From Escherichia phage T5_ev219, in sequence record NC_134263.1: a DNA stretch of 64,000 bases; one strand, written 5' to 3'. The position numbers and the translations under genes are program-made. The notes under the pieces are model-generated. The model was not told where the DNA came from and made no database searches. It saw only the letters and a program-made list of their open reading frames with translations. Within the stretch, counting starts at the first letter, position 1, and every line of letters begins with the position of its first letter. Of this stretch, positions 54,515 through 64,000 are shown one piece after another.

Positions 54515-56587
54515 TTACCTTATATGGATATACCCACTATTTAGGTCTATCTTCATCTTGTAGTATGCCTCAGGGTTTCCTGATAACGCAGCGTTCCTAT
54601 CATAAATGATGTTAACACCGATCTGAGATAAGAAAGCATTTCCTGCTACAATTTTATCTGCCGTCACCGTTCCGTTAACAATCATGTTTCCGTGGAGAAC
54701 CATTGCAGGGTTAACCCAACCAGACCCATTCCATTGCCTTGTAAATGCTGATTGTGGGGCATTACTATTAAATTCAGTTAATACATCATATTTAACTGGA
54801 GGAGAACCGAAGTTACTTTGAAAGAAGGAATTAGCTTGTCCATCGTCCCAACCACCTAAACCTGCTATACCTACAGAGTACATCCCAGGACCACGTTGTC
54901 CATCATGCCCTATAGTACCTTCAGTACCACTCCACTGAACCACATCTGACCAACTAGTACCCTCTAATAACCTATTAGTAACTGGATCAAGCGTACCCGT
55001 AGTCGCATAGATATTTTGTGTCATATCTGTACGGTTAGGTGGAGTTTTTGACCAACCAGGAGGTGGATAATCTTGTTCTAGTGGTTTAGCAGGTAGAGAT
55101 GTTGCTAACTTATAAACAAATACTGTCTGTTTACCTTGTAAACCAGTCTCAATATCTACGTCACCATTTGGTGTCCCAATTACTACACCACTAGAGATGC
55201 GCAAGGTAGTACCATCATAACGTATCCATTGTGTAGCGTTACCAATGTCTAATTTAGCTTTGGCAGAGGTATTATCCATACCCATCCAAATACCAGAGTT
55301 ATTATCCCCCCAAGATTTACCTTGAGTGTAAATTGCTGGATTATCCTTACCAGATAAGTTAGTCATGATAAAGTTCGCAGCATTAATATCTCTAGTAATT
55401 ACTTTACCGTCAACGTTAACAACACGGTTTATAGGGTCAAAAGAAATAGGTGCTTTTCCTTCTTCATCTAGCAGACCAATGTTAATAGCACCAGTAGCTG
55501 CGTCGATTAAGAATGTCTGTCTCCAGATTTCTCCATCTTTCATGCTGCCCTTAATAAAGGCATAATTAACATCAATACCCGTCTCATTGACAAAGCTGTT
55601 GTCTAGAGGAGTATCTTCATTAAGTATAAACGTTACAGGAGCTGATTCTGTTATATCTTGCTTATTTGGTCCCCAGGCAATTGATGATACCTTAAAAGTA
55701 TGCTCAACTTTCCATGGGAATGATATAATCGTTGCAGCTCTAGCAGCTCCAACGTTTATCTTTTGAGCTTTAGCCCAGCCAGTCTTGGCATATTCTTCAG
55801 AGTTTATATAAGTAACCAGAAATTCACGGACATTAGCACCAGCACCACGTTCCCAGTCCCATTCTACTCTAACATCATATCGTTCCTTACCATCTGCAAT
55901 TCGTGCAGCTTTAAAGGCAATGTTAGTAGGTGCAGTAGGAGGTACGAAATTATAAGCTACAGTGAAAACGCTAGGATACTCATAATAACCAGATGAGTCA
56001 ACTGTAACACCATCTGGCATCGTAACTTGACCAGATATTCTGATCTTATAGTCGCCAACAGGAACACCACCAAATTTGATAGTAGGTCCCAGCGCGCCTA
56101 TATAATATTTAACCCATTCACTATCTTCTGATATAGCACTTTTTAATTCAATAGTGCAGTAACTAGCTTCACCAGCAGTCTCTACAACAACTATTGGAGC
56201 ACCAACACCAACGTCAACGGGTTCTGATTCAGATCTTGCTGCAGTAATTATTGGCTTTTCCTTTGTTCTAAAGTTAGTTTCATTAGAGAGGTTGATACCA
56301 ATCTTAGCTTCTAGTAACTCTGAGTCAATAATTGAGTCATAGAAAGCCCCCTGAATCTCATAGGAGGTAGAGGGGGTTAAATTATTAATCATTACGAAGA
56401 AAGTATCTATACCGGTGTAATCACGTCTATCTATACTTTCTCCTATTTTTAACCAAAAAGATCTACCAATAACATCATAATCAGTATAAATGGAGTGCTG
56501 GACATAAGCCAAAGTATATCCAGTCATTATACTATTTAAGACCATTTTGGCTGGTGCATTATTTGAAATCATTAAATGGATGCCCAC
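54515..56587 (-). CDS. baseplate/tail tip protein (T5 pb4-like by size and synteny)
   Basis: 690 aa, beta-rich; position between collar and hub genes. Confidence 0.5.
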   Translation of the reverse strand: MGIHLMISNNAPAKMVLNSIMTGYTLAYVQHSIYTDYDVIGRSFWLKIGESIDRRDYTGIDTFFVMINNLTPSTSYEIQGAFYDSIIDSELLEAKIGINLSNETNFRTKEKPIITAARSESEPVDVGVGAPIVVVETAGEASYCTIELKSAISEDSEWVKYYIGALGPTIKFGGVPVGDYKIRISGQVTMPDGVTVDSSGYYEYPSVFTVAYNFVPPTAPTNIAFKAARIADGKERYDVRVEWDWERGAGANVREFLVTYINSEEYAKTGWAKAQKINVGAARAATIISFPWKVEHTFKVSSIAWGPNKQDITESAPVTFILNEDTPLDNSFVNETGIDVNYAFIKGSMKDGEIWRQTFLIDAATGAINIGLLDEEGKAPISFDPINRVVNVDGKVITRDINAANFIMTNLSGKDNPAIYTQGKSWGDNNSGIWMGMDNTSAKAKLDIGNATQWIRYDGTTLRISSGVVIGTPNGDVDIETGLQGKQTVFVYKLATSLPAKPLEQDYPPPGWSKTPPNRTDMTQNIYATTGTLDPVTNRLLEGTSWSDVVQWSGTEGTIGHDGQRGPGMYSVGIAGLGGWDDGQANSFFQSNFGSPPVKYDVLTEFNSNAPQSAFTRQWNGSGWVNPAMVLHGNMIVNGTVTADKIVAGNAFLSQIGVNIIYDRNAALSGNPEAYYKMKIDLNSGYIHIR

Positions 56588-59421
56588 TCCACAGACTGTT
56601 CTCCATCATCCCCTTCAGCCCTAATACGAAAATACAATTTTCTATTTATACCTAGAGCACCGCTGTTCTGGAGAGCAAAGTCTGCCTTATTATATGTTAA
56701 TAAATAGTCATAAGTATACTGATTTTCAATACGTACACTTCTTAACATCCTATTTTGCGAATCGTGTATTTCAAGTGTATAAAATATACTCTCTATTATA
56801 TCTTCTTCAGGTATTCTATCCCAAGCTAGTTTTACATCTGGGCCAACAAACTCAGTTACATCTCCAGAAGCAGTATTAGTTACCCTAAAATTAGATACTA
56901 CACTAAGGTTTTTAGCAGAGTTAAGTTCTATAGACAGAGTCACCGGGGAACTTCTTCTACCATTAATATCTACTGCTCTTATCTCAAATATAGCCAGACC
57001 TGCTGGTTCCCCAATTATTTCTTGGATCATACGTTCGTTAGGATTGGTCTCTAACTGTTGTACTATGTAAGGTTCGGCATGGCCTGAGTGCACAATAGAG
57101 TAATAAACTACATTATTGGTTAGACTCGGAAGCCAGGATAACTCACCATTTTTACCTATAGAGCCTACTAAACCGCCAGGAGTAGGGGTATACTTAAAGT
57201 CCCTAGGAGGAAGGACATTATTACTAATATCGGGAATATCATTACCGCTATTATCAACCTGCTCAGAGTTGATGAATACATCTTCTCCATACTCCTGTAA
57301 GGTAACATTTATCTTACCCTCTCTAGAGTTTTCAACCTCATCAACTAGGAAATACTTTTTGTTCCACCCGTAACGGTCATACGTGAATGCAATAGCATCA
57401 TTGGGTTCAATCCCTATGAACTGGTATGGTAATGAGAATGAAAGTGTTCTTGAGTATCTGGATTTCTTAAGTTCTCTATCCGCAAAACTTCTTGCAGTAT
57501 AGTAGTTAGTAATATTAGCAAAAGATAGTTGTAATTTTTTATCTAGGTTCTTGTCCTGTTCCTTATACTTGGAATTATAGAATGTAATAGAATTAGTTTT
57601 CCAGCTAAGGGCGGGATCTACGATAGATGCTTGAACTGAGTTGAATTTATTTCTACCAGTAGTATCTGATAGCTCCAAATCACCGTAAGTATCTAGAAAA
57701 TTAATCTCTAATGGAGTATTAGAGTATTTTTCTACAGTAACCCTATACTGGCCAGATAAATTGTTAATAGCCCCACCATAGGACTCTAACAAACCTTGCA
57801 CATTTTTAAATACTGATTCAGATGTATCCAGAATAGTATTCATTTGTACTATTTGTCTATTTTCTGCTAGTGGATCAGTCCACCCAACGTATCTCCAGTA
57901 TGGCTGCCAAGATACTTGGTAGGATTCATCTATAATATCTAAGATAGCTGCTTCTTGTATCAGTTGCTGAAGCGGGAACTGATCAATAGTAATGTTAGCG
58001 CCGTATCTATCTGAAGTTAGATAATCAAGCGTTTGCCAGATACCATTTAAACTAGTACTATCAGCAGTTACTCTACCATCAGAATGATAGACTTTTACTT
58101 TTTTACCTTGAATTTCAGCACTAACTTCAGGAATCTCAGTCCTATTTTCATTAATAGTGAAGCGCACCACTGCGTACGCAGTATCTAGTAGTTTATACCT
58201 AGCATCCCAGTACTCCGGCCCATTGCCATTCATATTCTGAAGGTAAAACCCACGTTCTTTAGCTATATCTACTAGTACTTCAGAAGCCGTTTGGTCAGGT
58301 TTTCCATGATACGTCCAAATCCTTATATCACCATTACCATCATTATACTTATATTCCTGACCATGCACAGAAGGACTACTAGAAGATATTCCTGATGCTA
58401 TTCTTTGCATGGTGTCTCCGGCTACTTTTTTAACACCGAAACAGGTTCTAGCAGAGCTATCATTAGAGTCCATACAAATCATAGGGTTATCCCCAAAGGA
58501 AAAGTCAAGAAAACCGTCTATCTCTCCTTCAGCAAAAGCATATACTACGTAAACTATATTAGGATTGTGTAATTCCGTATCCGCAAAAATAGGTATTCCC
58601 GGTATTTTCTGTACACCATAAACTACTGGTATATACTTAGCAGCAAGGTTAAAATCTATATCTACTTCTTTAGTAACAGTCTCATAATACTTTTTAAGAC
58701 TATAACTTCTAGATAGTCCAAATAGCTTTTTCTTAGACTTTAGCTTGTATCTTTCTTCCTGTACCTGATACTTTGCTAGAATAGAGATACTTTTATTGGC
58801 ATGAAAGAAACCGTAGTCTTCTTGGTACTCAAGTCTTTTAGCCCCGTTAGATGGAACTAACTGCCCTGCTACAACCTCAAGCCCTCTATGAGAAGCATCA
58901 TCAGTAAATCTACCATTAACCCTATCAAAATCATAGAATTGATTAGAACAATTCCAAGTAATTGTGGAGGTTCCAACCCCAGAAGTACTAATGTTGTCCT
59001 TAATACCCCCGCCGGTAATTCTCCCTCTAAAGTATAATAAAGGCCCGTTTGTGTCTGGGTCTACAGGTAAAATAGAACCATCCTCTGTAATAATTGCTTG
59101 GTGGATTGATACTATTCTATCTAAAAAGGACACACCATTCTGCACTAATTTCAGTACTTCATCCTGCGCTGTACCTGTAATAGTAAAAGATAGACTGCCA
59201 ATAGATAAATCTCTATTTTGTTTATGTGTGCTAATAGATTTAACTTTACCGGCCTGGTACAAAATACCATTATATAGTACATCTCTAAAATAATCAGTTA
59301 AATAGATAAAAGCAGTACTAGTACCAGTAGAGCCAGGTAATTCTAGGGAAATTAGACTAGCAGTTTTTATTCTGCTATTATTTTTTAAGTAGTTTCTAGC
59401 ACTATCTAGTATTTTCTTCAT
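56572..59421 (-). CDS. baseplate hub protein (T5 pb3-like by size and synteny)
   Basis: 949 aa ORF following Dit-like gene; overlap of 4 nt with upstream gene. Confidence 0.55.
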   Translation of the reverse strand: MKKILDSARNYLKNNSRIKTASLISLELPGSTGTSTAFIYLTDYFRDVLYNGILYQAGKVKSISTHKQNRDLSIGSLSFTITGTAQDEVLKLVQNGVSFLDRIVSIHQAIITEDGSILPVDPDTNGPLLYFRGRITGGGIKDNISTSGVGTSTITWNCSNQFYDFDRVNGRFTDDASHRGLEVVAGQLVPSNGAKRLEYQEDYGFFHANKSISILAKYQVQEERYKLKSKKKLFGLSRSYSLKKYYETVTKEVDIDFNLAAKYIPVVYGVQKIPGIPIFADTELHNPNIVYVVYAFAEGEIDGFLDFSFGDNPMICMDSNDSSARTCFGVKKVAGDTMQRIASGISSSSPSVHGQEYKYNDGNGDIRIWTYHGKPDQTASEVLVDIAKERGFYLQNMNGNGPEYWDARYKLLDTAYAVVRFTINENRTEIPEVSAEIQGKKVKVYHSDGRVTADSTSLNGIWQTLDYLTSDRYGANITIDQFPLQQLIQEAAILDIIDESYQVSWQPYWRYVGWTDPLAENRQIVQMNTILDTSESVFKNVQGLLESYGGAINNLSGQYRVTVEKYSNTPLEINFLDTYGDLELSDTTGRNKFNSVQASIVDPALSWKTNSITFYNSKYKEQDKNLDKKLQLSFANITNYYTARSFADRELKKSRYSRTLSFSLPYQFIGIEPNDAIAFTYDRYGWNKKYFLVDEVENSREGKINVTLQEYGEDVFINSEQVDNSGNDIPDISNNVLPPRDFKYTPTPGGLVGSIGKNGELSWLPSLTNNVVYYSIVHSGHAEPYIVQQLETNPNERMIQEIIGEPAGLAIFEIRAVDINGRRSSPVTLSIELNSAKNLSVVSNFRVTNTASGDVTEFVGPDVKLAWDRIPEEDIIESIFYTLEIHDSQNRMLRSVRIENQYTYDYLLTYNKADFALQNSGALGINRKLYFRIRAEGDDGEQSVEWASI

Positions 59422-60032
59422 AAACTTTCCCGTAAATTTAATGAGATGCCGGAATATGTTCCGTTATTATTTAGTGTAGATCCGAAAGCATCACCATTCA
59501 TGAGTTTTGTTCTAAATAGTATTCCGTTAAACACTGGTTTCTCAGCCCCAGTAGTAGTTATAAATAAATCAGGATATAAGTTTATAGACCACGTATTGCC
59601 TGATTTATTGAATGATGTTATTTTATATACTTTTGGGTGGTTAGATAGCTTAAATAGATCCCCAGGTTTTGGAGTACCTGTTAGGAGCCCTTTTGTATCC
59701 ATAGTTATAGTAGAACCCTTCTGCCCCGCAGGTATGTTTACTAGACTAGTATTACCTCTAACCCTGAAGGCCTCATATTGTGGTAGTATAACATCTATAT
59801 AACCACCGGTCCTTTTGTACTCTAGAATAAAAGCATCTAGAACACTATATTCATCTGGAAATAATTCTGGGTAGGAAATATTTATACCCCAGTATTGAGC
59901 AGATACCTTAACTTCGTTAACTTTACCATTAGGTAACTCATCACGAATTACTGGGTCATTATCAATCAGGTTAACACTTTCGAATCCTAATCCTGAAAGT
60001 TCTGGATTCGTGTATGGGTCTGGTAGTCTCAT
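59418..60032 (-). CDS. distal tail protein Dit (T5 pb9-like by size and synteny)
   Basis: 204 aa ORF immediately after tape measure gene. Confidence 0.55.
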   Translation of the reverse strand: MRLPDPYTNPELSGLGFESVNLIDNDPVIRDELPNGKVNEVKVSAQYWGINISYPELFPDEYSVLDAFILEYKRTGGYIDVILPQYEAFRVRGNTSLVNIPAGQKGSTITMDTKGLLTGTPKPGDLFKLSNHPKVYKITSFNKSGNTWSINLYPDLFITTTGAEKPVFNGILFRTKLMNGDAFGSTLNNNGTYSGISLNLRESL

Positions 60033-60141
60033 AGTTAATTTCTCCTCTTAGATACAATTATTATAATAGTATTAGAAAATTTTATCAAGAAATTTTTATT
60101 TTTCCATAAAGAAAAGGAGGACTCAAAGTCCTCCTCCAGTT

Positions 60142-63100
60142 TTAAGAATTTCCTAGTGTTTTTAGGCTAGCACCATTCTCATTCAGAGCTAATTCTACTG
60201 CATCCCTCAGAGCACCGCTATTACTAGAGGCGAATTCCCTAAAACTAGCAGCATCCATAGCACTAATATTCAGGATGATAGGCCTTCCTGAGGTTGAGTT
60301 AGATGAGGTTTTTAGCTCATCATTAGGCGTAGCTTTCATAGGAACCATAGGGGTAACTACTTCTGTACCATGCTCACCCATTTGATAGCTAACCCCAGGG
60401 TACATATTACCACCCTCAGCACGAGGAACGAAAGAGTTAGCACCGCCTATGCCTTTATCGCCACGGATATAAGATAATTCACCAGCATTAGCAGACATAG
60501 ACACATCTATATTCTTCTGACGCTCTCCAAGAGTTAAATAACTAGTAGTATCCGCTCCAGAATCTGCAATACTTGACATACTAGAGGCAGAGGATGCCTG
60601 TGCTAATGCCAGAGCACCTGCTAATCCTGCCGCTACCATCAGAGGGATAGAGAACGGGTATGGTACAGCTGTTGCTGCCTGCATAACTGCTACTGCAGTT
60701 TGGATGATAATCTGCTTCTTAGCTGCATCTTGTTGAATCTTCAGCTTTTCAGCTTCTAGCTTCTTCAATTTAGCTTTAGATGCTTCTGATTTACCATCAC
60801 GTTTCTGCTCCGCTGCGATAGCTGCATCAATAGCACTAACCTGTTGACTAGTACTATACTGAATCATAGAAGATACAGTTTGCATGCCAGAAGCAATCAA
60901 GGAGGTAGTATCTAGGGATCCCTGAGAGAACTGAATCATGGCGTTAGTTAAGTTACCCATACTTTGAGCCACAGCGGTTGCTTCAGAATTTAATTCAGAT
61001 AGCTTAGAGATTGCCTGATCATAAGAAGCCATTCTATTTTGCATATCTGCAAAATCTTTGTCTTCCCCAGATAGTCCAGTTGTAGGAGTGTATACAGCAC
61101 CCACAGAAGATCCTACCTGTTGCTGCATTTGGCCTTCTCTCTGCTTTCTAAGTTGCTCTAGAGTAGCAGCAGTTTTATAGATCTCATTACGATATTTGAT
61201 CTCTTCTTCGGTATTGCCCTTAGATAGTTCTAGCTGTTCTTGCAAAACAGATAATCTTTCTGTAAGAATCTGGGCTTGGCCAGTAACATTTCTTTGTGTT
61301 TGGCTGACTTCTAGTGCATCCATAAGAGATGATACATGTGATGCAGTTGCCTGCTTCTCAGCCTCCCATAACTCCCGGCTTATTTGTGCTTGCGCACGTC
61401 TAGACTGTTCCGCCTCTTTCTGTTTGTCCGCTTGTTTTGTATACCATTCGTACTTCTCTTTCTCTACAGTTAGTTCTAGTTTTAGCTGAGCTAATCTATA
61501 TTGAGTAGTAGTCATAGTACGGTCATTCAGAAGAGCTATCTCACGATCTACACCAAGAATTTTATCTGTGTAATCCTTGACCTTCTTCTGAGCTTCCATA
61601 CCCTGATTGGTAAGTTTAAGTTTCTCCAGCTGAATTTTTTCAATTTCTTTCTCAACAGCTTTATTCCCCTGGTTTGTTTGAAGAACACGGCGTAAAGCAG
61701 CTTCTTGCTCTTCTAACTGTTGCAACTCTAAACGTCTACCAGCTTCCTGAGCCTTTTCCTTATCCTTAGTTTGATTATACACATCAGCTATTTTCTGTTG
61801 AACTGCTAATTGATTTTTAGTTTCATTACCAGTTAGTTTAACATACTCAGATAGAGCCTGAGATGCAGTTTTCATTTCAGACAGGGTGTTATAGCCCAGG
61901 TTAAGGTTTTTAACATACTCATCTGCACTCTTACCAGTGCCTAAGGATAGAGATTCTATGTTTTTTATAGCATCTGCTAAAGTAGCACTAGTTTTAGCAG
62001 CAGTATCTGTATTCTGAGCAACGTTCTGTATGTCATTAGCTAAGTCACTAGCAGTTTTCTTAGTTTGATTATATGCTTTCTGTTGTTCAGTTAGTCCTTT
62101 TAATACTGTGGAGTTAAAGTCATATACAGCACCAGGATCAGTAGTATCCCTCTGTAGATTAATCTGTTTTTGGAATTCTGGATTAGCTTTTGCAGCAGCA
62201 GCACCCGCAGCTTGATAGGCTGACTTCCAAGCATTAAGGTTTTCAGTAGAATCTTCTACTTCCTTACCTAGTCTGGTTACTTGTAGACCCATAGCCGCAG
62301 TTTCTTCTACGAACTTTTTATTAGCTTCGGAAGCACCAGCAGCAGCAAGACCAACAGGAATACCTTCACCAACTTGACGTATGGCTAATCTTGTATAGAA
62401 ATCCGCTTGCTCCATTCGTTTATCGAATTCTGATTTTAGCTTATTACGCTTATCAAGAGATTCCTTATACATATCTAGAGCTTTATTATAGCCTTCTTCA
62501 GAAGCTGCCAAACTTAAAGCAACAGCACCAACGTTGGTAGGATCTATCTGTCTATTAGTTTTTTCTTGAGCTCTAGCTGCTTCAGCAGATACAGAAGCCT
62601 GAGAAGTATAAAATACTGTGTTGATAGCATCAATTACCGGCCCTAAATACTTAGCAGCAGCCTGCTGAATCTTTCTCAGCGCGGCATCAGCATTAGCGGC
62701 AAATTGCTCCCATGGAGTAGCACGTAAAACTTCATCTAAGTAACCAAAACGTTTAGTAGACTCTGCTATAACAGCATTAGCATACGCTTGCTGTTTCTGG
62801 AAGGTAGTAAGGCTATTAATATTATATGTTATACCTGTGTTTGCAGCATTTAACTGTTTAACGTAATCAGCATAAGCATCATTAAGACGAATAGTAACAC
62901 CAAGTTCATCCAGAAGTTCGATTTCCTGTTTAGATACACCCTTAATTACACGGTTAAGTGCATCAGTCATATCAACGCCAAGAACAGCAGCAGCACGACG
63001 AGCTACTAGACCAAATTTATTAAGTTGTTCAGCATCAAAACCGTATGCAGAAGCAGAGGATGCTTGTCTCATAGCTTCTTCAAAGGAAATAGCGTACCCG

Positions 63101-63822
63101 GCTGCTTCTTGTAGGGATCTAGCAAGGGACTGAACAGGAGTACCTGTCTGAGTACCTACTATAACACCAAATTTTTCTAGACGATTTAGCTGATCACCTA
63201 ACTTAAGTTGTTCGAATGCAGATTGCAAAACGAAGATGTTGGAAGCAAGAGCTGCATACATAATAGGTAAACTACCACCTATCTTAGCCATTGCCGCAAA
63301 ATCACGAGTTGCACCACGTGCTGAACCAGAAGTATTACCAATAGCTCTAGAAGCTCTACCAGCAGCACCAGTAGTATCATTAAAGCCCTTAGTTGTACCA
63401 CCTAAAGCTCTATTAGTATCGTATAACCTATCTTGAACTTTCTCTGTTGCAGCTGCAACATCATTGCCCATTGTTTTAACAGATCTAGAAACTCCATCAA
63501 ATCCAACTTCTAGTTTATCTGCTACTTCAATCATTGTAATAGCTAGGTCATCCAGCTTAGTCCCTATATCATTAATAGATTTAGTAATACCAAGCATGCC
63601 CCTACTAGCCTGCATTTTAGTAAGACTTTTTGCTGCTCTATCTGCTGCCCTCTCAATGGAGTATAGAGTTTTGGGCATTTTACCTAACTGCTCATTCGTT
63701 AGCTCAGAAGCCGCAGCAGCATTCTCTAATGCATCAGATACGTTTTCAATAGACTTTGCAGTACGAGTTGCCCCCTTCTGTTTAACGTCTATCAGTAATT
63801 CTCGTATTAGCTTATCAGTCAT
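60142..63822 (-). CDS. tail tape measure protein (T5 pb2-like)
   Basis: 1226 aa, long alpha-helical/coiled-coil body, hydrophobic AGLAGALALAQ segment, C-terminal region with YIRGDKG...peptidase-like tail. Confidence 0.75.
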   Translation of the reverse strand: MTDKLIRELLIDVKQKGATRTAKSIENVSDALENAAAASELTNEQLGKMPKTLYSIERAADRAAKSLTKMQASRGMLGITKSINDIGTKLDDLAITMIEVADKLEVGFDGVSRSVKTMGNDVAAATEKVQDRLYDTNRALGGTTKGFNDTTGAAGRASRAIGNTSGSARGATRDFAAMAKIGGSLPIMYAALASNIFVLQSAFEQLKLGDQLNRLEKFGVIVGTQTGTPVQSLARSLQEAAGYAISFEEAMRQASSASAYGFDAEQLNKFGLVARRAAAVLGVDMTDALNRVIKGVSKQEIELLDELGVTIRLNDAYADYVKQLNAANTGITYNINSLTTFQKQQAYANAVIAESTKRFGYLDEVLRATPWEQFAANADAALRKIQQAAAKYLGPVIDAINTVFYTSQASVSAEAARAQEKTNRQIDPTNVGAVALSLAASEEGYNKALDMYKESLDKRNKLKSEFDKRMEQADFYTRLAIRQVGEGIPVGLAAAGASEANKKFVEETAAMGLQVTRLGKEVEDSTENLNAWKSAYQAAGAAAAKANPEFQKQINLQRDTTDPGAVYDFNSTVLKGLTEQQKAYNQTKKTASDLANDIQNVAQNTDTAAKTSATLADAIKNIESLSLGTGKSADEYVKNLNLGYNTLSEMKTASQALSEYVKLTGNETKNQLAVQQKIADVYNQTKDKEKAQEAGRRLELQQLEEQEAALRRVLQTNQGNKAVEKEIEKIQLEKLKLTNQGMEAQKKVKDYTDKILGVDREIALLNDRTMTTTQYRLAQLKLELTVEKEKYEWYTKQADKQKEAEQSRRAQAQISRELWEAEKQATASHVSSLMDALEVSQTQRNVTGQAQILTERLSVLQEQLELSKGNTEEEIKYRNEIYKTAATLEQLRKQREGQMQQQVGSSVGAVYTPTTGLSGEDKDFADMQNRMASYDQAISKLSELNSEATAVAQSMGNLTNAMIQFSQGSLDTTSLIASGMQTVSSMIQYSTSQQVSAIDAAIAAEQKRDGKSEASKAKLKKLEAEKLKIQQDAAKKQIIIQTAVAVMQAATAVPYPFSIPLMVAAGLAGALALAQASSASSMSSIADSGADTTSYLTLGERQKNIDVSMSANAGELSYIRGDKGIGGANSFVPRAEGGNMYPGVSYQMGEHGTEVVTPMVPMKATPNDELKTSSNSTSGRPIILNISAMDAASFREFASSNSGALRDAVELALNENGASLKTLGNS

Positions 63823-63835
63823 ATTTTATTTTTCC

Positions 63836-63871
63836 CAATAAAAAAGGCTCTGGGCAAATCACCCAGAGCCA
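63836..63871 (-). terminator. rho-independent terminator upstream of tape measure gene
   Basis: Hairpin GGCTCTGGG-tgatttg-CCCAGAGCC followed on minus strand by TTTTTTATT. Confidence 0.65.
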
Positions 63872-63905
63872 AGCCTCATCGTGGAACGCCCATTGGAGGA
63901 AACTT

Positions 63906-64000
63906 TTATCGCGCCCGAGATCTAGCATGTGGCTTAACGTTAGGTATTCTTCCGTTTTGCGGTTTATGCTTCTCGGCGCGTTTACGTGCAGCATCTACAG
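63906..64000 (-). CDS. partial CDS (C-terminus only; gene continues beyond window)
   Basis: Open frame to window edge ending ...KRAEKHKPQNGRIPNVKPHARSRAR, stop at 63906-63908. Confidence 0.3.
   Translation of the reverse strand, partial: VDAARKRAEKHKPQNGRIPNVKPHARSRAR

Overview
This window reads as a contiguous segment of a T5-like siphovirus (Tequintavirus-type) genome, called from motifs and six-frame translations only; no database search was run. It has three blocks. (1) 1-22.3 kb, mostly minus strand: a tRNA island (at least 14 tRNAs plus unresolved tRNA-like elements) interleaved with small ORFs and about 17 near-identical sigma70-type early promoters, then nucleotide-metabolism genes (RNase H, ThyA, DHFR, NrdB, NrdA, PhoH). 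(2) 22.6-49.6 kb, plus strand: NrdD, a Sir2-like protein, a HAD-like hydrolase, a large SF2-helicase-type putative origin-binding protein, a split NAD-dependent DNA ligase, DnaB-like helicase, primase, family-A DNA polymerase, SbcCD-like nuclease, flap endonuclease and dUTPase. (3) 49.6-64 kb, minus strand: the tail module (two-part tail fibre, pb4-, pb3-, pb9-like proteins and tape measure). The most interesting candidates for undescribed biology are a self-contained plus-strand three-gene module at 5.9-7.7 kb, a stand-alone receiver-domain protein next to a secreted SleB-like hydrolase, the Sir2-like/HAD cluster, and ORF-free transcribed stretches likely to encode structured RNAs. None of these is proven; all need homology and structure checks.
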